A stretch of DNA of 64,000 nucleotides from the IMG/VR virus record IMGVR_UViG_3300027763_001732. The stretch is one strand, 5' to 3'. Made by a program: the position numbers and the translations under genes. Source of the stretch: an uncultured virus (IMG/VR IMGVR_UViG_3300027763_001732) (Duplodnaviria > Heunggongvirae > Uroviricota > Caudoviricetes). Every line of letters begins with the position of its first letter. The first letter of the stretch is position 1. Of the stretch, positions 28,281 through 37,513 are shown piece by piece. The notes beneath the pieces are model-generated. The model was given only the letters and a program-made list of their open reading frames with translations. It ran no database searches and was not told where the DNA came from.

Positions 28281-28957
28281 TTAATTTCCGCCTTGTTAAA
28301 AACTTCCTGCACCCAATCAGCATCACACTGCTGACGTTTTACTTTGGCCTTCCATGATAAAGGCTCAATGTAATCTATCAATGCTTGAACCTGTCCGGGT
28401 TCAAACCTATCAATTAATCTGCTACCTTGATCTGTAGCAAAGGTACACCATGGACTGATACGACCCATTCTAATATCCTGTACTGCGTCTACTGTGCTAA
28501 CTTTAACAAAGTATTCACCCCAACTATATCCGGTCTTTTCTGCCCAGGCTTTCATATTTAACAAACTTCGCTCAATTGCTCGCTCTACTGTTTCTTTTTT
28601 GGTTGTGTCTTTAACGTAGGTTTCGTAGACAACTGCTTTACACCAGTCATCTATCTTAATAGCATTCTTTAAAACAAACCTGACAAACTCTTCTGGCTTG
28701 TCTAAATTCAAATCAATGATATGCTTAGACACTTTCATAAAATCCAGATAGTATCTATCACTGATAAAGTCTTCATAAGGCTTGTCGTGTTTAACGTTGG
28801 CAATGATCATCTTGCGATATATCAGCCAGCTTTGATAAGCGATTCGATTTTGCTTGGAATCTTTGTCCATCATTCTACGCTTTTTCTCACATAAGTGAGA
28901 CATAAGTGTAGTTTCTCTAACAAAATCTTTATTACAATATCTGCATTTATAAGTCAT
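28277..28957 (-). CDS. Zinc-finger-containing replication-region protein
   Basis: YKCRYC..F......HLC; start moved to MTYK. Confidence 0.6.
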   Translation of the reverse strand: MTYKCRYCNKDFVRETTLMSHLCEKKRRMMDKDSKQNRIAYQSWLIYRKMIIANVKHDKPYEDFISDRYYLDFMKVSKHIIDLNLDKPEEFVRFVLKNAIKIDDWCKAVVYETYVKDTTKKETVERAIERSLLNMKAWAEKTGYSWGEYFVKVSTVDAVQDIRMGRISPWCTFATDQGSRLIDRFEPGQVQALIDYIEPLSWKAKVKRQQCDADWVQEVFNKAEIK

Positions 28958-29432
28958 TGGCACTAGCGATAACATCTTTGTCTTTAACATGGTATTGTTC
29001 TAACATATCCTTTGCGGATTTTTTATCTAAGTTACCGATCCAAATATCTAATTCTTGATCATCCAAGTGAGGATATTGCTCACGTAACCATGATCTAAAA
29101 GCATTTTTCTTTTTTCTCTTGCCACCGCCTGGAGCAATGTATGGGTGCTTGAGGCTTTTACCAATACCTACCATACTCATCAACTTCCAAGTCATCTCAG
29201 GATCTTTGACTTCACTAAAATTAGTATTAACAATGTCATTGGTCATAATCAAGTAATGTTCAATAATAGCATTATTAGCACTTTCAGCACTACTTAGATA
29301 TCGTTGAACAAGCCAGGGACTAAACCCTTTCATTTCTTCCTCTGTGAGGTTTTCATAAAGAGTTTTATTACGAGTATCCAAAGCTGGAAGTACTCGCTTA
29401 AACATATCTAACATCGGAGATTTTGTTGCCAT
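28947..29432 (-). CDS. Putative clamp-loader small subunit (gp62-like)
   Basis: FSPWLVQRYLS..H.YI pattern; replication context. Confidence 0.45.
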   Translation of the reverse strand: MATKSPMLDMFKRVLPALDTRNKTLYENLTEEEMKGFSPWLVQRYLSSAESANNAIIEHYLIMTNDIVNTNFSEVKDPEMTWKLMSMVGIGKSLKHPYIAPGGGKRKKKNAFRSWLREQYPHLDDQELDIWIGNLDKKSAKDMLEQYHVKDKDVIASANDL

Positions 29433-29449
29433 AGTGTATTATACACTCT

Positions 29450-29950
29450 TTAATACATTTTGTCTATGGACAGCACTTCCGGTAGCTTGGTAGTTTCTTT
29501 GACAAAGTAAGCACATAAAGGTTTGGGACCTGTTTCTAAAGGCACTGCTAGAATATGTCCATGTTTAAGTTTAGGTGTATACCAGCGAATGTCTTGAAAC
29601 ACATTGATAATTTCCAGTGGCTGAAAGTCTAATCTAAAACTACTGATAGGATTAAAAGCAAATGCACTGAAACCCCGATCATTGATATTCATAATGGGAA
29701 CAATCTCTGGATCGCCGTGATCTTTTTCACCTATGACAATATACCAATCTAAAGGAACTTGAATAATATAGTCACCAATTTTTAATACCGCCGCAGGCGC
29801 ATGGAATGTTTCCATGAAAATCAATGGCACAAAATGATAGTCAACGTTTTTAGGATCGTTCCAATCGAGAACTCCATATCGCAGATCTTCTACTTCCTCT
29901 GGTAAAGAATTCAACTCAAAGGCTTCATTATCTGAAGTTAGTATGTTCAT
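29450..29950 (-). CDS. Hypothetical protein downstream of uvsW
   Basis: 166-aa beta-rich ORF with ATGA overlap. Confidence 0.6.
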   Translation of the reverse strand: MNILTSDNEAFELNSLPEEVEDLRYGVLDWNDPKNVDYHFVPLIFMETFHAPAAVLKIGDYIIQVPLDWYIVIGEKDHGDPEIVPIMNINDRGFSAFAFNPISSFRLDFQPLEIINVFQDIRWYTPKLKHGHILAVPLETGPKPLCAYFVKETTKLPEVLSIDKMY

Positions 29951-31401
29951 AGGTATTTCACTTTCTCGATTTTATAAGGATAACCCGCTTCCTCATAGTA
30001 TTTCTTTCTAGTAGTAAGATGCTTCTTACTAAACTTTGCACTTGACGTCAAGTCCCAAATTTCTACATGGTCTTTATCTTGAGCACGTCTAATGCCTCGT
30101 CCAATACTTTGTATAACTCTGACAAAGCTCTTTCCGGGTTCCAAAAGAACCAGATTAAAAATACGAGGAATATTAATACCCACAGCGGCCACACCATAAG
30201 TCGCCACAATAACCTTGCCATCGCTGTCTTTAATTTCATCATAGTGTTCTTTTCTATCACCTGTTTTCATTGCTCCGCTGACGAATACACTATCTGGAAT
30301 CCTTTCACAGAGTAATTCACCTGCTTTAATTCTATCTACTAATACTAATGTGTTTCCTGACAGTGCAAGACTTTTTACAAACTCTGCGATAAAATCTATA
30401 CGCCGAGTATTTGTTGTTAAGAATGTCAGTTCTTCTTGATATGTCTGGTACTGTGCTGTCTCTTGAAGTTGCACTACGTTAACTGTACAGTTGGCTAGTA
30501 CTCCTTGATCCTGTAGGTCCTTGGCAGCGATCTTATTTACCACCGGACCCAATGTTGCAATTAATCCAACTTTTTCAAAGTCTTCTTTGGGAATAGTTCC
30601 TGTCAAACCCCAGCGAATAGGAACGTTAGCAAAAGGTCCGCTTAACAATGCCTTAAGCACATCTGCTTTTGCTTGATGAACTTCGTCGACAATAATTGCT
30701 ACCAAGTCTTGTCCAAACTCCTCTAGACTTAAAGGACTGAGTCCGTCTTTAAAACGTTTCTCTAATACATTAAGACTTTGCCAAGTACAGATAGTATGTG
30801 TCTTACCTAGTTCTTTTTTATCACCAAAGTAAACTCCGACGTCAAGACCCAGTAGTTCATAATCTTCTAATGTCTGCTTGACCAAGTCTTTGTTAGGGAC
30901 GATAACTAAACTTCTGCCGTAGTCCTGCACACTTCCGGATAATGTTGCTGTTGTAATAGTTTTGCCAGCGCCAGTACTAATTTCTTGTACGCATTGTAAA
31001 TTGTTAAGGAACTTGTTAATAGCATCCACTTGATAGTCACGTAGTAATACTGGCTGTCCTTCGTTGACGTGACCTTTGGGCCAAATAGTTTGTTCGTGTG
31101 TAGTTTCAGTTACTTCGACGAATTGAAAGTTATGATTAGTTCTTTGGTCATCAATCTCAATGTTATAACCTTCATCTACTAGGATAGGCAGTATTCTATC
31201 TAATAAGTTAAAGTAAGTGCTGCCGCCTAAACTAAAATAACTGACACAACCATCCCAACGTCCTAGCTTATATGCTGGACTATGATAAGCCCATGGCTGG
31301 AAGTATTTGAATTCTTTTTCTAGTCTGCGTCTAGTTGCAGTTGCAAGGTCTGAAATTTTTATATTTACTTCGTCTTTTATGGTGAGCGTACAAGATGTCA
31401 T
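29947..31401 (-). CDS. uvsW: UvsW-like SF2 helicase
   Basis: WDG, LRDYQ, STGAGKT, DEVH, LTGT, QSIGRGIR. Confidence 0.92.
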   Translation of the reverse strand: MTSCTLTIKDEVNIKISDLATATRRRLEKEFKYFQPWAYHSPAYKLGRWDGCVSYFSLGGSTYFNLLDRILPILVDEGYNIEIDDQRTNHNFQFVEVTETTHEQTIWPKGHVNEGQPVLLRDYQVDAINKFLNNLQCVQEISTGAGKTITTATLSGSVQDYGRSLVIVPNKDLVKQTLEDYELLGLDVGVYFGDKKELGKTHTICTWQSLNVLEKRFKDGLSPLSLEEFGQDLVAIIVDEVHQAKADVLKALLSGPFANVPIRWGLTGTIPKEDFEKVGLIATLGPVVNKIAAKDLQDQGVLANCTVNVVQLQETAQYQTYQEELTFLTTNTRRIDFIAEFVKSLALSGNTLVLVDRIKAGELLCERIPDSVFVSGAMKTGDRKEHYDEIKDSDGKVIVATYGVAAVGINIPRIFNLVLLEPGKSFVRVIQSIGRGIRRAQDKDHVEIWDLTSSAKFSKKHLTTRKKYYEEAGYPYKIEKVKYL

Positions 31402-31428
31402 AGACTTATTATAACATCTGTAGTCAAG

Positions 31429-31460
31429 AAAAAGCAAGCCTTTTTTAGGACAAGGCTTGC
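31429..31460 (-). terminator. Intrinsic terminator
   Basis: GCAAGCCTT/AAGGCTTGC stem with a U-tract on minus. Confidence 0.65.
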
Positions 31461-31469
31461 CTTATTTGC

Positions 31470-32171
31470 TCAATCTTCAAAAAGACTTTTTAAACTAATT
31501 TTGATTTTTAGCTTTTTCTTTTCTTCTTTTGATTCACAGATATCATACATTCGTCTATCGTGTATAGTCCACCAAACTTTTGTGTGCGTACTATCTCGAA
31601 TAGCCGACCAAAATCCACAATGACACATTCCTTGTGTGCTAGTCTTATTTGGGCATTCCTTGCATCGTTTAACTGCTACTGGTGCTCGATCATCGATAGT
31701 AGGTTTCTCCCAATTGAAGTATTCTGGATCTTCTACAATCTTTAATACAAAACTACCAACAGGAATTTCCTTTCTTGTCAGTTTTTTATATCTATTCCTA
31801 AACAAAGTATCGTCTTGTACTAAATGATGTTCGGCATCTTTTAACGTGTAATCAATTCTAACAAATTTACCATTAGGATCAAACATTATGTATTGAGGTT
31901 TAGATCTTTTATATTTTTGTCGTTTATCAGCAGTTCTACGTTTAAATAGTCTATAGTAAGTACTAGGTTGAGACAGTCTTTCGTCGTCGAACCATTGACC
32001 CGGAAACGCATCTTTTGCAGGAAGCAAACTTCTGTAAAGTCTCGATCTTGTTTTACCAGAAGAAGAAAATGTTCTTAATATATTGGCTAATTTTGTACTA
32101 GAAGAATGTTCATAATGACTAGCGTGTCCTTTTGGAATAGGACATAGTAAAGGAGGATACCATTTACTCAT
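31470..32171 (-). CDS. Basic hypothetical protein with Cys cluster
   Basis: CKEC..CHC; Lys/Arg-rich. Confidence 0.55.
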   Translation of the reverse strand: MSKWYPPLLCPIPKGHASHYEHSSSTKLANILRTFSSSGKTRSRLYRSLLPAKDAFPGQWFDDERLSQPSTYYRLFKRRTADKRQKYKRSKPQYIMFDPNGKFVRIDYTLKDAEHHLVQDDTLFRNRYKKLTRKEIPVGSFVLKIVEDPEYFNWEKPTIDDRAPVAVKRCKECPNKTSTQGMCHCGFWSAIRDSTHTKVWWTIHDRRMYDICESKEEKKKLKIKISLKSLFED

Positions 32172-32434
32172 AGTTTCTCCTTTACTCGATTGATTACCTC
32201 CAAGGCATCGTTATAGTTGGCGAAATGTTCTCTGAAGAAGTTCTTGTGCTTTACTATAATTCTAAAATTACGAGTTTCTTCCCTGTATGCTGTTCTAAAC
32301 TTCATAACAAAGTAAGCACTGGGATCTCCAGCAATTTGTTCGATAGTATCGATTTCAAGATTGTCGCGAATCCAGTCATCGCCCCACGGGGCAGTTAATC
32401 TGGGATCTCCTGGTTTAAAAAATTTGATTGTCAT
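32168..32434 (-). CDS. Hypothetical protein
   Basis: 88-aa ORF with ATGA overlap. Confidence 0.55.
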   Translation of the reverse strand: MTIKFFKPGDPRLTAPWGDDWIRDNLEIDTIEQIAGDPSAYFVMKFRTAYREETRNFRIIVKHKNFFREHFANYNDALEVINRVKEKL

Positions 32435-32450
32435 AATTATACCCCATACT

Positions 32451-32774
32451 TTAAAGAGGTATAATTTTCTTTTCGATTCTGTATCCTGCTCTTGCGGCTA
32501 CATCATCAGGTGTTATGTTAGATGATGTAATACCATTTGTAAGCATAAAATCAATCTCTTCTTCAGTCATAGGTGTTTCGAGATGCTGATTGACTAATGT
32601 AATCTGACGAAGTTCTTCAGCTGTATATTTAAATACATCGATATTATCAATTTGTTTACTTACTTTTATCGTTATTAAATCTTTACCTTCTTCTTTAATA
32701 ACGATACGATCGTTATAGAAGTCGAAAGATTTAGATGTACCTTCAAAGGTGGGGTTGAATAGAATTTTTCTCAT
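32451..32774 (-). CDS. Hypothetical protein
   Basis: AAGGA RBS before MRKILF. Confidence 0.55.
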   Translation of the reverse strand: MRKILFNPTFEGTSKSFDFYNDRIVIKEEGKDLITIKVSKQIDNIDVFKYTAEELRQITLVNQHLETPMTEEEIDFMLTNGITSSNITPDDVAARAGYRIEKKIIPL

Positions 32775-33017
32775 TTGGTTTTCCTTTATGTTAGTTAAGA
32801 AATGCAAATATGCCTTAATCGATGTGTTCGAAAAGAACCATCCATTACCATTTGACGATGATAATCGCCAGCTGGACTGCCTGTATGTTCGCTTCTTACA
32901 TTGCGTAAGGGGCCGGGCAGTTCTTCCTATTTGCCTGGAAGTTTGTGTAATGTATTTAACTTTTAAAAATAAAAAATCCCCTGTGTTAGAGAGGATTAGT
33001 TTTGGTAATTTAACCTT

Positions 33018-33197
33018 TTATGCAAGCTCGATTCTCGATGCCTGCTCAATCCATCCTAAGACTAATTTCTCGTCGATAGAAGCGGCATATTTTAAGTTAG
33101 ATAATCGTAGATGCTCGTACACGGACATTTTCATTGTGTGAGTTGCATTTAGTTTTTCTAAAATAAAATCTACTTTTTGTTTAAGTGCTAGTTCCAT
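33018..33197 (-). CDS. 59-aa hypothetical protein (MELALKQKVDFILEKL...)
   Basis: Hand-translated; AAGGA RBS upstream. Confidence 0.45.
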   Translation of the reverse strand: MELALKQKVDFILEKLNATHTMKMSVYEHLRLSNLKYAASIDEKLVLGWIEQASRIELA

Positions 33198-33269
33198 ATC
33201 TAAAGTTTCCTTAATAAAATGCTTTTAAAAGCTGTATAATATTTACAACATCGTCTAGTTTATTATATG

Positions 33270-33848
33270 CTATGCTAATGTCGGCGTCTTATCAAAAAGT
33301 TTCTTTATAACTTTTTCTTCTGCTTCTTTCTTAATACGTTCTTGTTCTTCTTTTTGTTTTTTTAATTGTAATTTTTTTTCTTTATTACGTAAACGTTCTT
33401 CAGTCTTTCTTCTAGCAGGTCCCATTGGTTCAAAGTTATATCCAAATTTTAATGCATCACGGCATTGTATATTTTGTTCTACAATAGCAATGAGTTTCGG
33501 ATCATTGCTACCGCAAAGCAATCTCTTACGACATAAATCTACATTATCAATCATCAAGTCGATGCCGTATACTGTAGATAGTGCCTGTTCAAAGGTGCTA
33601 CCATTTTCCATTTTACGGATTAACACTTCACCTAAAAATTGTCCGTCTCCGCAACTGTTGTCTAAGAAAAATTTAGTAGTATCTGTAAACTGATCAACAT
33701 GTATCTGCTTTAACACTTCGCGCACTAGTTCTGTTGGAGTAAAGACCTCGCCAGTGGCCTTTACTCTTAGTCGATCGCGCTCAACTCCGGCCATATAAGT
33801 GCGGTTTCGAATATGATCTATAACTTCACTTAACGTTGGCTTCAACAT
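33270..33848 (-). CDS. DNA methyltransferase SAM-binding half (motifs X and I, no NPPY)
   Basis: TGEVFTP, FLDNSCGDGQFL, YGIDL, CRDAL; Lys/Glu coiled tail. Confidence 0.8.
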   Translation of the reverse strand: MLKPTLSEVIDHIRNRTYMAGVERDRLRVKATGEVFTPTELVREVLKQIHVDQFTDTTKFFLDNSCGDGQFLGEVLIRKMENGSTFEQALSTVYGIDLMIDNVDLCRKRLLCGSNDPKLIAIVEQNIQCRDALKFGYNFEPMGPARRKTEERLRNKEKKLQLKKQKEEQERIKKEAEEKVIKKLFDKTPTLA

Positions 33849-36800
33849 AGTCAACTTCTTCTGGGGTAAGATCAACTAATTGGTACAACTCAATATCAGT
33901 CCATGTGCGTGTAAAATCCACTATTGGAAATAGATTTTGCAATGGTTGGTTACGCCCGTTTTTATATAATTTGCCAATAAATTTATAAAATTTAGTGTTA
34001 AATACTGCTTTGATGTTCTTTGCACTGTCTTCGTCTGCTACGTATAAGCTCAGCATATCCTCGCCGTGACCACAGTTATTATCGATTACTACTTTGTCAA
34101 TTGTTGAGGTTAAAGGAACCATTACTTTCCATGTATCGTGTTTAGAAAATTTAACAGAAGTATAACGTGTAATTGCGGCACTCACGTGATGAGTATACGG
34201 AAAATCCTTAGTCTTTGTATCTGATACTCGTTGCTTTTTCTTCAAGCCTTGATTGTGGAATTCACAACTTTTAATAAACTCAATCTTAGCAAAAGATTTT
34301 AACTTGTTGTGTATAGCAAGATTAATAGGCTCAAGTTGTCCTGGCCAAAACTTCTCCTTGGCAATGTTAATAGTTCCAACAAGGTCTTTAGTTTTCTTAG
34401 AAAACTTTGCAAAATATAAGTTAGTATCAGTTTGTCGAGGAATATTTTTAATAATAGAGTAAGATACTGTTGTACCTTCTTCAAATGGGCTATCATCTTT
34501 GTCGAAGATAACCGCTTCTTCAACTTGTTTCTCTTCAAACACTCGATAGCTGTTATGGATGTTAGTAGATGCAGTTAACCAAGTCGATGGCGTAACTACG
34601 GCAATGTATCCGTTGTCTTTGGTGACCTCAGCCATCTTATCAACGATCTGATTCCACAACATGCGTTTATCGTTTTTTGGATCTTGGTAGGGGGGATTTC
34701 CTACTACTACATCAAATTTCATATTAAACTCCGTTGTTATAAAGTCTCCTTTAACTACAGTTATAGAAGGATACTTACGTTCAATCTGATTACAGAAAAA
34801 ACTATATTTGTCATTATACACTATTTTGTGTATAATATCAACTCCAAACATTTCCACTAACACATCAACTTCCGATCCGTGACCGCCGGCCGCTACAAGG
34901 ATCTTTTTACAATGTTTGCTATTAATAAACCTTTTTAATGCTCGGTTAAGAAAAATGTCAGACCAAAGTTTGGCATCATCCTTAAGAATAGCCAGTGCAT
35001 TATTCTCAATGTGCTTTTGTGTTGTGTTGTATTTACTCATACGCACAATCATGTCTAGCGTAGAAATTTCCAACCTCGGTGATAGTCGTTTGATAGATGC
35101 AGGTTTAATACCATACAGTTCTATAAACTCTTGGTGCATCTCTATATTATTTTCAATAATATCAATACATTCTAAAAAACTTTCTCCTTCGTAATTACTA
35201 AGGGCTAGTATAGTAGTAGCACTACCGTTAATCATTCGGATAGCTTTTTCTACTATTGCTTTAAGAGGGTCTTTTTTGGAACGACCCGATGGGGAATGAT
35301 TAGACTCAAAAGTTTTGCCAGTGGCAACAATTTTGTCAATTTTAGATCGTTCTTCTTTACTACTAGTTGATCTCTTTGCAAGTTCGCCAAGATCTTCCCT
35401 ATCCTCAAAAGTTAAGTCCTCGATAGTAATACGAGTGTGGGCATTAGCAATCTCTAACAGTTTATTATTATCTTCAAATTGTTTAATAACTTCTTCGGCA
35501 TCAATCCACTGTCCAGAAATCATATCCTTGATATTAACACTATTCATTACCTCGCGAACAGCTTCTGGATAAGTTTTACCCTTTTGACGAATTAACAATG
35601 CCGCTTCTACTGCCACGCTCATCACAGAGTTGCGAGTCTTGCTTTGATCAAAAGCAAAGTCAAAGATGTGTCCAAACTTCTTACCAAAGCCAGGAGTAAG
35701 GCATCGGCTATATTTCTGCATGTAAGGATATACATCGCCGCCTTCTTGCATAAACAAGCAAGCCTGAATATCTGGAATACTATAACTACGAGTACCCATC
35801 ATGTTAGTGATCACCAGCAGTTTATCGCGACCTGGATAGTAACCGTTTTGCAGTCGGATTAATTCTTCTTTGGTAACACCTTCGGCTTCTTTGTTGTCAG
35901 TATAGTCACCGTTGAGAATCAACACCTTGTGTTCTCCGCAATATGTCTCGATAATTTTTGCCAATGCTTCCATTGACTTCTTAGAGATATTAACAAACAG
36001 CATAAGATGGTTGATAATCTCACCTGCCGCTTGACTTAAATTCATTCCGTAGATGGGCTGATATCCTAGCAGATCCTGGAATACTGCGGCAATAAATTTT
36101 TCCTGCGATCGAGACTTTTCTAGGATCTTATTGATGTTAGGCAATACATCCTTGTCAAAGTCTTCTAGTAGTTTGTTCATCTTAGGATTAAACAACATAT
36201 TGTAGAATCGTCGCACTACTACATTTGGAATGCTAGCGTCTTGTTCTACCATACAGTACGGAACGCTGATAATCTCATCAATAGCATTCTTGCCAAACGC
36301 TTTAGCAAGGCGTCCGATATTGGTACCGCTAGCATTAATACGAGTAACTGTTTTGTTTTCTAAAATGTAGTTGACTTTTTCTACTTGGCTATCTGTATGA
36401 GTACCAAAGTCAGTTTCTTCTAACAAGGCAATATGTGTTCCTGTTAGTTGGTTAATCCATTCGTATTTTTCTTCTGCTTCCGGATTGAGGCTAATAAAAA
36501 CTATTGGCATCTTGCCATCTGCAATAGCCTGTTTATATTGATATTCGGCATCTGTGTCTGACGCATCAATAAACTGCATATTAGCAAAATCAATATATTT
36601 TTCAACTTCGTTTTTATATGATGTCTTAACACTAAGACCGACACCATAAGCCATGATAAACATAGACTCATGACTAAATTCTTCTTGCATATTTTTTGCA
36701 AGTTCTAGGAAAAGAATAGTTTTACCAATTCGCGCGGCCAACTCGCAGACAAAGTTTGTTACAATTCCATTTTGTTGTAAAGCAGATATTACTTTCTTAA

Positions 36801-37293
36801 TAACAAGGATTTGTACATTTCGAAGATTAACTGCTTGCTTCTCATGCGAAGGATTTAGTTTTGACGCACACTTTCGAATTTTCTCATTAAGCCAAAGTCT
36901 AATAGGTTCAAAGTCTTTGGATTTGATAAATTCATCAATAAGATATTGCTCTACTGCAACTCGAAACACTTCGTTACGTTTTTTTGTAGTCGGGTCTTCT
37001 AATTGTGCCGCAAAGGTTTGTCGAATTTCTTTGTGCAATGCATAGTCTCTGTATCCAGGAGTAGGGATAGAATCTAACAAATAATGTTGCCATCCTAGAT
37101 TTTTAGAACTTTCGTGACCGCGCATACGACTTGCAATAGTGCTATACTCAGAATCTTCTCGAGTGTCGCCAACTCCGAACTCTAAAAAGCCGGTCGACAC
37201 CATTGCTTCTATACGAGGTTTATTAGACTCGATATAGATACCCTGGCAATCGGTTTTAAGACCAAGTTCAACGGTACTCTTAACATAGCTCAT
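33826..37293 (-). CDS. Type IIG/ISP-like restriction-modification polypeptide: SF2-like helicase plus N6-adenine MTase and target-recognition region
   Basis: AARIGKT Walker A, EETDFGTH Walker B variant, ASGT, QKYSR; FDVVVGNPPYQ, GYIAVVTPSTW. Confidence 0.75.
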   Translation of the reverse strand: MSYVKSTVELGLKTDCQGIYIESNKPRIEAMVSTGFLEFGVGDTREDSEYSTIASRMRGHESSKNLGWQHYLLDSIPTPGYRDYALHKEIRQTFAAQLEDPTTKKRNEVFRVAVEQYLIDEFIKSKDFEPIRLWLNEKIRKCASKLNPSHEKQAVNLRNVQILVIKKVISALQQNGIVTNFVCELAARIGKTILFLELAKNMQEEFSHESMFIMAYGVGLSVKTSYKNEVEKYIDFANMQFIDASDTDAEYQYKQAIADGKMPIVFISLNPEAEEKYEWINQLTGTHIALLEETDFGTHTDSQVEKVNYILENKTVTRINASGTNIGRLAKAFGKNAIDEIISVPYCMVEQDASIPNVVVRRFYNMLFNPKMNKLLEDFDKDVLPNINKILEKSRSQEKFIAAVFQDLLGYQPIYGMNLSQAAGEIINHLMLFVNISKKSMEALAKIIETYCGEHKVLILNGDYTDNKEAEGVTKEELIRLQNGYYPGRDKLLVITNMMGTRSYSIPDIQACLFMQEGGDVYPYMQKYSRCLTPGFGKKFGHIFDFAFDQSKTRNSVMSVAVEAALLIRQKGKTYPEAVREVMNSVNIKDMISGQWIDAEEVIKQFEDNNKLLEIANAHTRITIEDLTFEDREDLGELAKRSTSSKEERSKIDKIVATGKTFESNHSPSGRSKKDPLKAIVEKAIRMINGSATTILALSNYEGESFLECIDIIENNIEMHQEFIELYGIKPASIKRLSPRLEISTLDMIVRMSKYNTTQKHIENNALAILKDDAKLWSDIFLNRALKRFINSKHCKKILVAAGGHGSEVDVLVEMFGVDIIHKIVYNDKYSFFCNQIERKYPSITVVKGDFITTEFNMKFDVVVGNPPYQDPKNDKRMLWNQIVDKMAEVTKDNGYIAVVTPSTWLTASTNIHNSYRVFEEKQVEEAVIFDKDDSPFEEGTTVSYSIIKNIPRQTDTNLYFAKFSKKTKDLVGTINIAKEKFWPGQLEPINLAIHNKLKSFAKIEFIKSCEFHNQGLKKKQRVSDTKTKDFPYTHHVSAAITRYTSVKFSKHDTWKVMVPLTSTIDKVVIDNNCGHGEDMLSLYVADEDSAKNIKAVFNTKFYKFIGKLYKNGRNQPLQNLFPIVDFTRTWTDIELYQLVDLTPEEVDYVEANVK

Positions 37294-37478
37294 TCTTCAT
37301 CTCCATAATCTGCACTATCCAATTGTTCTTGGAGAAAAGCCTGAGCTTCGGCTTCTGTAGCAAAGGTGTCACCTAGTTGAACCCAACTGTTTAAACCTCC
37401 GGAGAATTGTACAATCCATTCTCCGGAGCACACTTCTATAACTCTTGTGTCAGACATAGTATGTCCTTTTGTTAACAT
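37290..37478 (-). CDS. Small acidic hypothetical protein
   Basis: First ORF behind a sigma70 promoter; ATGA overlap with the RM gene. Confidence 0.55.
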   Translation of the reverse strand: MLTKGHTMSDTRVIEVCSGEWIVQFSGGLNSWVQLGDTFATEAEAQAFLQEQLDSADYGDEE

Positions 37479-37484
37479 GTACGT

Positions 37485-37513
37485 ATTATATAGTAAAAAC
37501 TATATTGTGTCAA
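37485..37513 (-). promoter_or_regulatory. sigma70 consensus promoter (RM operon)
   Basis: TTGACA-17-TATAAT. Confidence 0.8.

Noticed and set aside
32749..33141. 130-aa + strand ORF
   Set aside because: Opposes the local gene direction, overlaps RBS-supported minus-strand ORFs, and has atypical composition.
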